From: Elsinoe ampelina
Taxonomy: Eukaryota
NCBI GenBank assembly: GCA_010093995.1
Contig: ML992507.1
Coordinates: forward strand, 202,781-266,780
DNA length: 64,000 nucleotides
Direction of reading: 5' to 3'
The translations under genes and the position numbers were made by a program. The notes below the pieces were generated by a model. It saw only the letters and a list, made by a program, of their open reading frames with translations, searched no databases and was not told where the DNA came from. Of this stretch, positions 46,539 through 57,700 are shown in pieces. The number at the start of each line of letters is the position of its first letter. The first letter of the stretch is position 1.

Positions 46539-47218
46539 GGTATCGTTTATAGGAGTACCAAGTTCCAAACTTTAAAATTTTTAGCGTATTGCTTGGCGGG
46601 CTAAATCCAGCCAATTTGTTAATAAAAAACCCTAGCTACAATTCTTACCTACCTCTTACGTCATAAGATTCCCTCGGTTAGACTTTCTATTTTATTATAT
46701 AATCATTTTCTTACGTAGCAAATTTAGCCGAGCATAGCCTATCGTCGCCTATCGTAGCTAAATGTAGCTATGTTCTTGCGCATGTTGAAGCTCTAATTCT
46801 GATAGATTATACATTTAAATTTTCGGCGCGCTAAATCTGGGCGCCGTGGCTTAGTGGGTAGCAACTTTTTGCACGTCTACTAATTTCTATGCGCCTTAAC
46901 CTCTACGTCCTAAAGGTTCTAGGTTCAACTCCCGACCGTGTCAATTATTATATACAGTCTTTTTCTACTTAATTTACTCGAGGTAGTAAATCTAACCGAG
47001 GTCTTTTACTTAGTTAGAGCTATATATCTAGCCGAGGTAAGTTAATAGTCGAGGTAGCTCTATAACCGAGGTAACTTAATAACTAAGATTACAATTATAA
47101 AGACATATATAAACCAAAATCAGGCAAATTACATATAATTTGGCTGACGCACGCCAACTTAAAGTTCGGCCAAGTCTAAAATAAGCTTTGCAAACTTGGT
47201 ACCCCTATAAACGATACC
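46539..47218. mobile_element. Non-autonomous DNA transposon (MITE-like), 680 bp, 26-bp TIRs, 8-bp TSD
   Basis: Left end GGTATCGTTTATAGGAGTACCAAGTT (46539-46564) matches the reverse complement of the right end GGTATCGTTTATAGGGGTACCAAGTT (47193-47218) at 25/26. Flanked by ACAAAATG at 46531-46538 and 47219-47226. AT/TpA-rich interior with no ORF. Confidence 0.93.
46840..46943 (+). pseudogene. Degenerate tRNA-like Pol III unit inside the MITE; anticodon not assignable
   Basis: Acceptor-like stem GGCGCCG/CCGTGTC-A (6 of 7 pairs, including G-U); A box TGGCTTAGTGG 46847-46857; B box GGTTCAACTCC 46922-46932; T5 at 46960-46964. Anticodon arm disrupted, with ~30 nt extra and an internal T5. Confidence 0.7.
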
Positions 47219-47439
47219 ACAAAATGGAGGGGCAAAGGGGAGCGGCTGGCCGCGGGGTTGTTCGGGAAATGCACTAGTCCTGATTAGGGCATATCTGAAT
47301 GGCAGCATCAAGAATAAGGTAGCCACGAAATTGCGTTGTGAATGTTTGAACATATTTCTCTGTTTGTCCTACATCTCTCGGGCTAGTCCCAAGACCATCA
47401 AGAATCCTCGCCATGCTAGCTATGCGATGCCAGACCTAC

Positions 47440-50400
47440 TCATCCATAAATCTCCCAGATCCCCGAACTCCTCCTTTCCTCCTTATTCCCCCGCCGCTCC
47501 CTCTTCCTTCCCTGCTCATTCAACTTCAACATCGTCTTGCTCACCTCGGCAAACATAACAACCAGCTCCTTCATCCTTCCACTATCCACAAACGCCTGCG
47601 CAACTCCACTGCTCTCCTCGCCTGCAACAGCATTCGCGACCTCCATGGCGATGACCAGCTCGTCTCTGCTAACCATGTGGCCCGCTGTGCAGAGCGCCGA
47701 GACGTAAGCCAGGATAATTTCCGGTAGGTAGAGGGATTTGATCTTCTTGAAAAGGGCGGCTTCTTCTTCGTCTTGGGAAGTGACGAGGATGCCGGCGAGG
47801 AGAGGCTCGACAGCGGCTTGGACTTCTTCGATTGACTTGCGGATCTTGGTCGGCGTGGTGTTTGGGCGAGGAAGCTTGGTGGCAAACTCGTTGGAGACTT
47901 TCGACCAGGAAATCAGCGCTTGGACTGCTCGACAGAGGAGAGAGACGTCGTAGTAGGTCTGAGCTTCGGATTGCATTCGATGGAGTTTCGGGGCGAGGGT
48001 TGGGGAGCTGGTCTCGATCATGGCATTGTGCTCTGGGTTGGCGATGTTGATCGGACGTCCGACGATGGACTTTGACTTGCCTAGGGATAGCTGTTCGAAC
48101 AAGATCTCGCTTGTTAGAACTAGCGCCGCGGGAAAGTTGCCGTTTGCTGCACACGGTCAGTGCATGTTGAATGTCAAGCAAATGAAGAACTTACCTAGCA
48201 GCTTGCTGCAAGCCGACGCAAGAGCAGAGAACGTAACAGTCCAGTGTCCCTCCACCAGATGAAAAATGGAAAGACCAGAAATAAGCCCTTCCTCGTCCTC
48301 GGTAAGATCAGTCGAGATGTCGGCGACCTTGATGCGCTTCCCAGGGAAGAGGTCATCCTTGGTGGGCTCAAGAAGTTCCAGTGGTTGCTTGGCTGCGTTC
48401 GACGATGCAAGCACACGATCGAGCTGATAGATATACTGTCCTTTGATGACAGCAATAGCATCGATACCGTACCTATTCATGATCTTGATGAACATCTGGC
48501 TGTCCTCCGCATCCTGATCGTCTGCCATTACTTGAGACAAGGAATCAATGCATCTCTCCTCTGCCATGAGCGAGCCATACATTGGTGTCAGGTCTCGCTT
48601 GCCAGTGACGCGTAATAGCTGTATATAGCCCGCGATGACATTGTCGAGCTCGTCACTGCATGACTCTGAGAAGTGCGATTGGTCCAGTGCTCGCAGGATG
48701 ATCAACGTGTGCGAAATAGTCCTTAGGGCATCTGGGTCGTCGCTGATAACAGCTTCATCTGGTGATCCTCTCCCATCCTTCATTTTCGTGCGGTGTACCG
48801 GCCTGATGACCGTGGATGGCTCATCCTTCCACGCAGTCTCAGCGATAGCACATCCAACATTCCTGCACAAATCGCCGACGGTGCCCCCAATCAGGCTTGC
48901 CTGAAGCAGCTTGAATGGATTGTGAAGCTCCTTGCTCAGTGATGGCATCTTGGCTAGGTTCGCGACCAGTGACTTTGGCGACTGCAGAAGGTTGTTCGTT
49001 GCGTCCGTACCCACTCCATGTTTGCGCACCAGGTCCAATGGCAGCTGCAGCGGAACAAATTGCAGCACAAAGTTGTCGTACTGCGCCAGAAGCTGAGCGT
49101 TGTAATGCGCAAAAGCGTGGTCGTTCCAAGTCCGACAGACACGCTTGACAGAATCCAGATCACCACCCAGTAGTCCATACACCGCTGCCTCGAACTCGTC
49201 TGATGTACCCGTCCGGGCTGCGATCAGACACATTCTTCTCCAGAGTGCTCCCTTTGCCGGGCCAGCTGAGCCAACAGGCAATTTGTGCGCAGCTGCAATG
49301 CCTAAGCTTGCTGCCCTCCAGTCTTGATTCCTCTGAGAGATCCATTCGCAGACTTCTTCCCATGTCTGGCCCTTCCTCAACATCCAGAAACAAGCCTTCC
49401 ACAGATCCCTTTCCTTGATCTGATCGCCCTTCTCCAAAGCCTTGCCCTGTCTGCTCACAGCATCCGGATCAAGCTGAGTGACCAGCACCTCCTTTCCACT
49501 CCTCACCTCAAAGTCACCCTCGGCATTAATCCTCATCCTCTTCGCGCCCTTGATCCTCTCCCTCGTCTCCATCCAGCCATTCACCCACACCTCCTTGCTC
49601 TTGCCCTCCTCTTCATCCCCACCAGCCTGCTCTAGCCACTTCAACACCAAATGCCTCTCCCTCGCCACATCATCCCCAAGGACAAAACCCTGCCACACCT
49701 CCTCTGGCTTCGAATACCGACACACCTCTCCCAAGCTCCTCAACCTTTCTTCCCTCTCCTGTGCCTCGCCATCACTGGGGTACCTCGCCATCAACACCAC
49801 CTTCACCAGATCCCACGTATCCGCCTCAGCAACCCACCTCTTGACCTCCTTCCCCTCCTTCCTCATCCCATACTGCCCTTGTCTCAGCCCCTTTGCCTTT
49901 CCCTCCTGCCTCAACCGCCGGACCTCATCGACAGCATAGTCCCGATACCGCGTCACCAGCTCCAGTGCAGCGTCCCTCGCTTCTCCCCCAGAATGTAAGC
50001 GGGTGTGGAACTGATCCAGCGTTTCGGCGAAGACGTCCACTTCCTTGCCAACGCGGGTGGCGATGCTCGCTAGATCCGAGACGTCGATGTCGTCGTCCTC
50101 GTCTATGTCCGTCTCGGGCCGGTCCTGGGCATACTCTTCCTCGGCGTCATGTTGGGTTTGTGTGCGTTTGCCCAGCGACGCGAACGGGTTGGCAGCGGCT
50201 GTGGTGGGCTGGAGTTGCGTGAAGAAAGTGCTGCTTACACTGGTGCTGCTGGGGCCGAGGGAACGGGGTTTGAAGAGCTGGGAGGTGGTGGATTGCGGGC
50301 CGATGAGATCGTCAGCGGAGTCGGACTCGGAGTCGCTGGAGAGGTCGAGGGGGCGGGAGGTTTGGCGCTGCTGTGTATCAGTTCATGGTCTTTGGGAGTG

Positions 50401-50486
50401 ATGGGAGGCAGGGCTTCAGATGGAGAGGGACTGACCTTTCGCGTTATGGGTTTTGTAGGGGCGCGGGACTTGGTGATGGGCGCCAT
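47440..50486 (-). CDS. NUP84: Nucleoporin Nup84/Nup107
   Basis: EVDVFAETLDQF; EADTWDL; ARERHLVLKWLE; LVTQLDPDA; WRAASL; FEAAVYGLLGGD; LYLPEIILAY; C-terminal IWEI; introns near 50455-50390 and 48194-48148. Confidence 0.88.
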
Positions 50487-51094
50487 TGAGACTTTAGAGA
50501 CCCGAGAATTGATAGCGATTGATTGTCCGGAGAGGCTTGATTTAGTATACGTGGTCGTGGTCAATCGTGTCGGACGACCCGACGTTTGTGTTGACGCGAA
50601 GTTTGGGATGGAGCTTTGAAGCTTTAACCATGCAGCAGCAAAGTCTTGGCATTTATTTTCACCCAGCTGAAAAGTGAATGAATTGCAAGCAATAATTATT
50701 GTGTGAAGAAGCTTGATATGAAGTGATCCGAGATGGTGATGCTATTTGATCATATGACAAATCTTGCAGGGCAGTTGTTACTGTGCTGTAAGTCTCAATC
50801 GGAGTGTTAGGGCATTCACATCAAACTCAAGCACCATGAGGATCAGCGGGCATAAATATATCAGATCCAATTCATTTTCAAGCCTCGGTGGAATGCTCTC
50901 GAGCTATGAATAGCCTCACCTCCATAACACGGGTCGTCATACGCAGCTCTCTCTGCTTTCAGTCCCTTTCGCTTTCCAAACTCCGTGGCTGAAATGCGCA
51001 CTTTGTTCTTCTTTTCGCTGCTCGTCTCGTAAACATGATTCCGTCGTTCATTGTGTGATTCGGTAATGTTTTGCGACGCTTGTCCTCGTTGCTT

Positions 51095-52215
51095 CTAGTA
51101 GACCTTCTTCTTCTCGTCCATGCTGAATTGGCCTGGTCCCATGTTGACGAGGAGGAGGAGACCACCGCTGCGAACCACGTTAGCCAATGTCAGTCGCAGG
51201 ATGGACAGGTCCACTTACACAATCGACAGAATCTGGAAGAAATCGTACTTGGCAAAGTCCTTCTGCGGGTGGCTGTGATGAAGCGTCCAGAAGTTATTCG
51301 TGAGCAAGTTGAAGACGCTCAAAATCATAACCAGCATGACAGCCGAAGCCTTTGCCTTGAATCCCACCACGACCATGACACACGCCACCGCGCCGAGAAG
51401 AATGACCAACACCCTCCAGAAGCTCCAGTCTCCAGCGAAGACGAAGCCAACAAACAGGAAGATCAACAACACCCTGCCCGCGAGCTGGAAATACATCTTG
51501 CGATCCTTCTCGTCGAGCTGAGGCAGACCAGCCGGGGCGAACTTCTTGCGCACCCACGAGTCGCTGAGAACCATGAGAAGACCGCCCATGACGGAGAGAT
51601 TGCGGAGGAAGAAGTTGAGGTCGAAGATGAGGCCATAGCCGAGCGCCTGTGTGACCACGACGCCGAAGAGACCGGCGACGGCGTATTCCGAGTAGCGGCG
51701 GAGGATGATCAACAGCGACGAGGAGGTCATGGCGATGACATTAAGGATGAGGAACAAATGGGTGATGCCGGCCGGGACTTTGAACGTGGTTAGCTAGCTG
51801 TCCGGTTGTCCTGCCTCTTGCCAGCCTCGCTGGGGAAGTGCTTGTGCTTACTGTGTCTGTAGTCCCGTAGATACGTGAGCTGGTCGGACCATTGCGTGAT
51901 GATGCGCAGGGCGTCTTCGAGGAAGGTCACGACGATGAGGAAGCGGCCAATGGCTGGCACATATCTGGTGGCCGAGGTCAGTCGGGAGCTCCGTGATGCC
52001 AGGTGGAGCTTGTACAGAGCTTCTTTGCTCGATGCTCAGGGCACGTACGGTTTGACAGGCTCGCTCAACGAGTCTAGTATGTCCTCGATCTTGCTGGTTT
52101 GCTGTCTAATCGCATCTAGCGGACTTGGATCATTCGTGGCGCTGTTGTTGTTCGAGTTCCCAAAGCTGCTCGTCGATCCGAGGCCATAACCAGCCGTCCC
52201 CCGTATTTGCGCCAT
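51095..52215 (-). CDS. ERV29: SURF4-family COPII cargo receptor Erv29
   Basis: DPSPLDAIRQQTSKIED; AIGRFLIVVTFLEDALRI; FFLRNLSVMGGLL; KYDFFQILSIV; C-terminal DEKKKVY dilysine signal; three introns. Confidence 0.94.
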
Positions 52216-52916
52216 TACGGTCTTGTATCGCGAGCGGTGACCTCGATCTAGCCGGCGATGATGGAAAGAATGAAAGGAGAAAGGGCACGCGCTGGACAGG
52301 GAGTGTAAGGTGTAGGTCGGATAGAAGGTCAGGCTTTGGACAGTAATAATAGAGAGGCCGAGATGGGGACCCTTGATGTCGACGTTGCAGCTCGGCCCAA
52401 AAAAAGGTGCCTCCCTTGTTCTTGTGTGGGGTTGATTCCAATCTGGACACGCTGGCCAGAAAGCTACTTGACTTTCTACACTTGCATCGTGACCTGCCGC
52501 TTTAAGGGCTCTCAACGAGGACAGTCGAGACCAATCTCGATACGCCTTGTCCCATACGATTGATGCTTCACCATTCTTTGCGACGCACAGTAAGCTCTTC
52601 TTGAATCTTACCTCCTCGGGCCTCGACTGGTGAGGCTGACGGGATCTCCTGAGCTTATTTCAACGAGGCTCGGCTAGCCCAAGCGGCCGCAAAAGTGGCC
52701 ACTTCCCCTGAGCTGTCACATCTGTAGTAGTTTCTTGCATTTCATACCATTCCGTGTCTGTCTAATGTACACTACTGTCGCGTGGAGACACCGTTCGTCC
52801 GCGGCTTATTTGCTCTTGATATATCGTACACCTTCGTTGGGCCATCCACTCAACAGCTTTGACACAGCCCTGCCACAAATCCTTCAATGACATCCCCGTG
52901 GCCCAGTCTTTGGGCT

Positions 52917-54371
52917 CTACTCACCATCAGTGAGCATACGATCATCTCCGGTCTCTGCCTCAGCAGCCTCCTTTGCCATCTTGTCCTTCCAGAAGCGCAC
53001 AAAATTACGCTGAGTCGACCTGTCTCCCATCTGCCCTCCTGCCCTAGCACGGCGAGTCTTCCCGCGATGCTCGTAGGTGTAAGGCTTGTTCGTGTCATCG
53101 GGAACGTCCTCGAGATGATTGCTGGCATAATGGAATAGCTTCTCTGCCCTTGACATCTCGTGCGGTTCTGCGTTCTTGGGCGCAGCAGCGCACTTCTTGA
53201 CATGCCCAATACTCTCCACCATTTCGGGATGGTCGATCTTTCCAGTACCGCTCTCCTCCTTAGATGCAGCATCCTTCTTCTCTTCTTCCAAAGTCGCCTT
53301 CCACTCTGGATCTCCTTCCCAGACCTCCTGCAGTCCAAACATGTTGTAGATCTGATGACGCTTCGTCCCGTAGCTGCCAGCAAAGGCCGTCTCCTTCCAT
53401 CCCGGAACGTGGATCTGACCGGAACTGCTGACGGCGTCCCTCATCTCACCAGGCATGAGAGGAGGTTCGTCCTCATCATCGTCGGCAAAGTCGCGCTCAT
53501 CATCGGAATTGTAAGGCTCTTTAGAGACGGTGGTGATGACTTGGCCAGTCTTTTCGTCGAGGGTCCAGATCTCGTGCTCCTCCGGCAGGCGGATGGTGAC
53601 TTTTCCCTTGTCCTTGGGGCGTCCTTTGGTACTCCTGCTGTTGCCGGCAAGGATTGGTTGAAGCTTTGAGAGCTTGGGCTTGATTTTCGGGGCCGCTGTC
53701 TTCTGTGTATTGCTACTGACGAAATCGACAGCGTTTGCATCGTCGTTGTTGATATTGCCGTGAAGTACGTCGATAGTATCGAGACCATGAGCTGAGACTG
53801 GAGCTGCCTTGTTGGTCGCACGATTGTGGTCCACAGGCGATGTCTGAGTGCCAGCGTTACGGAAGGCAAGTTCGCTGCCAACCGGAAGAGTTTTCGCATT
53901 CGTAGCAGCACCAGTATTCTTCTTCACCGCAGCAGGTGTGGAGATGGCCTCCAACATATCGCCGTCCGATGTGAAGTCGGCCAGTACGTCTGTGCCGTGT
54001 GGGATATGCATGGAAGTCGCACTGGCGTTGTCGTTGGAAGTGGAATCCAGCTGGTCTGACTTGCGCTTCTTGGACCTAGCCATCCTGCCGGTAGGGGTAG
54101 GCGTCAGCGCAACAGCGTCAGTCATATTGACGTCCGGAAGTGCAGAACTATTCTCACGGCTGGCTGGTTGGTCGGCCTTGTCGTCCTTCGGGTCTGGGTA
54201 AATGCGACGATAGCAGAGGATTTTTTCGCCACTGTCAAGAAGAACGAGATCCTCAATCTTGATTTCCCACTTGTAAGGAGGCGTGCGATACTCTTCTCGG
54301 TGGATTGGAGAAATTTCGTGGTGCGTGTATTCGACGGATTCGTAAGGCGACTGGGAGCGTCCGCGCATCAT
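52917..54371 (-). CDS. Hypothetical protein, 484 aa, largely low-complexity/disordered
   Basis: Long ATG-initiated ORF in its own gap; basic patch RSKKRK; no recognised domain. Confidence 0.65.
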   Translation of the reverse strand: MMRGRSQSPYESVEYTHHEISPIHREEYRTPPYKWEIKIEDLVLLDSGEKILCYRRIYPDPKDDKADQPASRENSSALPDVNMTDAVALTPTPTGRMARSKKRKSDQLDSTSNDNASATSMHIPHGTDVLADFTSDGDMLEAISTPAAVKKNTGAATNAKTLPVGSELAFRNAGTQTSPVDHNRATNKAAPVSAHGLDTIDVLHGNINNDDANAVDFVSSNTQKTAAPKIKPKLSKLQPILAGNSRSTKGRPKDKGKVTIRLPEEHEIWTLDEKTGQVITTVSKEPYNSDDERDFADDDEDEPPLMPGEMRDAVSSSGQIHVPGWKETAFAGSYGTKRHQIYNMFGLQEVWEGDPEWKATLEEEKKDAASKEESGTGKIDHPEMVESIGHVKKCAAAPKNAEPHEMSRAEKLFHYASNHLEDVPDDTNKPYTYEHRGKTRRARAGGQMGDRSTQRNFVRFWKDKMAKEAAEAETGDDRMLTDGE

Positions 54372-54765
54372 CTTGAGGGTAAAGCGCGCGGCTTGACGCG
54401 ACAGCGAGGTTGGGTACCTGCGGAGCTATTCCAACGTCGACAGAGGCAATATTGCGCCCCGAAGTGCTCAATTGTCCAATTGCCTAAGCGTAATTGTTAG
54501 CAGTTGCCTGGCTATACGCAAAACATCCAAGCAGCAAGCAGCAGGCGGCGCGACAGTGGTATGACGAGTCTGATGTTGTTTTGTGAAAGTGTATTACAAG
54601 TGCTATGTGCATATTACAAGAGTTTCAGGTGGCCAGCATCAAAAGTGGGAGCGGGAGATCGGCGAGATGTCGTGTCGACGATTGGATCTGGTTAGCCCAG
54701 TGTTCGCCAGGAAGCTCGTTGAAGGAAGTGGAAGCATGCATGTGACAGCACGAGCCGTCGGGGTA

Positions 54766-57700
54766 TCATCGTGTTTGGGCTTCCGGGAAGATGATCGAAA
54801 TGATCTCGTCGAATATGGTCATGATTAGATGGGTGCTGTACAGGTCAGTGTGGTCCTTATGTGGCTTCAGGGGCAGACCTACTTGAGCCGCTGATTGTTC
54901 AGCAGCGCAGCCAATTTCCTGCTCGCCCCTTGTGCATTCGCTCTTCCAACTACGCTTCCAGCCATGTCAGGTATCAGAGACATCAACACAAGATTCGCCT
55001 CCTTCCGACTCCGCAATTTCTCTGCCGCCGTTCGAATTGGCGGAGACTGCCGCAATTGTCCGCCAGGCCACATCAGATCCTTCACCATGTCGAGATACCG
55101 AACGAGAGATGCCTCGTCTGTCATGCTCCTGACTGTATCACGAACCTTACGCTCCACCGTTCCACCCAAGAGCTGATGCAGTACGACCACGACAGCTCGA
55201 CCCCGCAGCCAGCTATTCCCTTTCTGTAGCTCGAATGTCTCCAGGAACAAGTCACTGATCGGCTTGACGAAAGGCTCCGCCTCTCTATCCTCAAAAGCGT
55301 TAATCTCAGCCTCGGCTTCTGCTGACACCACGGGACTTGACGATGATAAAGGTGCGTCAAGTGTAGCGGGGATGGAACCATTGATCTGTGCAGATGCTGC
55401 CGATATCAAGTTCTGACCCGCAACAGTAAGCTGATCCAAGACCGGCAAGTTGCCCAAAAACTCTTCCATCCCATCCGACACTGAGTTGTAGATTCGGGTG
55501 ACAAAGTCTCCTTGGTCCATCTTCGTGCCATCCCCGTTGCTTGTGGTGATCGCAGACTGTGATAGGAACGCTCGTAGCTCTCTACTTCTGCAGATCGCCG
55601 GGATCAGGAGCAGTGATCTCAGGTACCGCTCCAATGCGACTCGTCTTCGCTGCAAAAAGTCCTTCTGTAACGTAAATAGAGTTTGGCGTCGTGGAAATTC
55701 CATATTGCGGACAGACTCGAATCTTGCTCTCAGTCGTTTGTTGAGCTCGTGGAACTCGCTGTACCGCCGTGCTACAGTCCATGCTGCGGCAGGCATCTGG
55801 TCACCGGCTTGCTTTCGCACCTCGATCACATAGATGGCATACTCGTGCCCGTCCTCCTCCTTCCCCACCATGATCGATTTGATGCTGATAACTGCTCGGC
55901 CGAACAAGCTGTTATCGCTCTCTTGAATGACATATTGTTGTTTCTGCATTTCTTTGCGTCTGATTTCTCTTTGCAGACTTTGTTTCGACTTCCTGAGAAT
56001 TCGGAGCTCTGCAGCATTATTGGTGAGCTCGGCTTTCTTCGTCAGCGAGTCCACGATATTCTCCTGAGCGATGAGCCGGTCAATGTCATTACTTAGTACA
56101 TCGATAGCCTCGGTCAAGCCAAGATCGCCCGGAGCCGCTTCGTGGATGTCGTCTTCGATCGGCTTCTCACCAGGATCTTCGCGCTCATCCTCAAGGTAGT
56201 GTTCCTGTTCATCAGCGAACAAATCCTGCGTAAAGACACCATTGTTCGATGGTCCAGCAATGAGACCTAGCGAGGCAATACTGGGCTTCACTCCGCTTCT
56301 GCTAGAGTGAGGTTGGAACATGTCGAGGGATGGCCGCGGCGAATCCTCTGATCTTGTACTGCGTATATTAGGATCGGATACAGCAAGATCTTTTTCCGGC
56401 TCATCCATGATGTCATTTAACTCCTTCTGCAGAGCATCAACCACTTTCGACGAATCCTCTGGTCTGGTGTCCACAGAATCATTGTCCGATTCAAAGCCTG
56501 TGAGTGACGGGACCGATCTTGTCATGCGCTCATCTTCCACATCGTCATCGAAAAGGGGTCTGGATGCATTATCATCGACTGATCTCCTTGCGAGATTTTC
56601 CGACAAGGATTGCTTGGCCCGCGATTGGAGGTCACTTGAAGACATGACCGCTCTTCGTAATTCTGGTTCCTTCCGATGAGGGTTGGTATTGGCACTGGAA
56701 TGCCGTTGAGGTGGTTGAAGCGGTACTTTGCTGAACTTGACCCGTTCCGTGTTGGCCTCACTGCTCTTGCGAGATGGAAATGGCGATTGCGGCGCCTCGG
56801 CGGCTGACCATTTGTAGAACAAGTCTGATCTCTTGAATGCTTCGAAATGTTGTTCTCGCATCTCTTCATATGCCGCCGTCTGTGCTTTGAGGATCGCTCG
56901 TCTTGCCCTGACGTAAAGATGGATATCTGATGCTTTGCCTGCGTCAACGTAAGCATCGACGGCTTGCTTTGAGGCCGGCAGCATCTTCAATTCGGGCGAA
57001 TTCAGATATGTGTCTCTGATTACTCGGATGTCCATGCGATCGGATCCTTCGTAGGACGTCTTCTCTTGTAAAGTGACACTTGATTCGTGAGTATCTTCCT
57101 CGAGAGGGTATCTGAAGCCATCAACGATGATCCAGAATTGCACAAGACGCATTTTTTGTCTTCGATCCATAAATTCCATGAAGTAGGACAGCCCAGAGGC
57201 ATTGTGCAGGACATCTTTAAGCGTGGCTTGAGCATGGATGTTATGGTCATCCAGGCTGTTCGTGGATCCATGCGATGTGACTGCAGGTCGCGGGACAGAT
57301 GCGTCATGGGTCGAAAGGAGAGCTATCCTCTGGTCCAGGATTCGTCTCCCAGCATCTAGTCGTCTCAGATACATGGGATCCTGCTGCGCCTCACTATCAA
57401 CTCCCTTGCGGATCTGGCTCGTAATATCGCTACGGTGCCGGCGAGCCTCTGCCAGCGTTGGTGTCTTCCGCAGTGCTCGAATAAAGCGCTCGAATTGCCT
57501 TTCGTTGTCGTGCGGTCTCAGTCGAGGGTAGTCTTGTCGTCGTGGACTCTTTGGAGAAACAGGGGCATGTTCGTCCAGCGCAGCTCTGAGCTTTCTAACG
57601 TTCTTCCTGTCCTGCAAGATCGACCGACCAAAATTCTCAAAGATCTGGTTCCACATGTCCGGGTCTGCCAGTACATTAAATACGTTTGCTAGAACAGCAC

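Noticed and set aside
46840..46943. Functional tRNA gene
   Set aside because: The anticodon arm cannot be folded convincingly, the T-stem has mismatches and an internal T5 (46866-46870) would terminate Pol III; reported as degenerate instead.
46975..47075. CRISPR-like repeat-spacer array
   Set aside because: Repeats are only ~7 nt with ~11-nt gaps, lie inside a eukaryotic transposon, and no cas genes are present.
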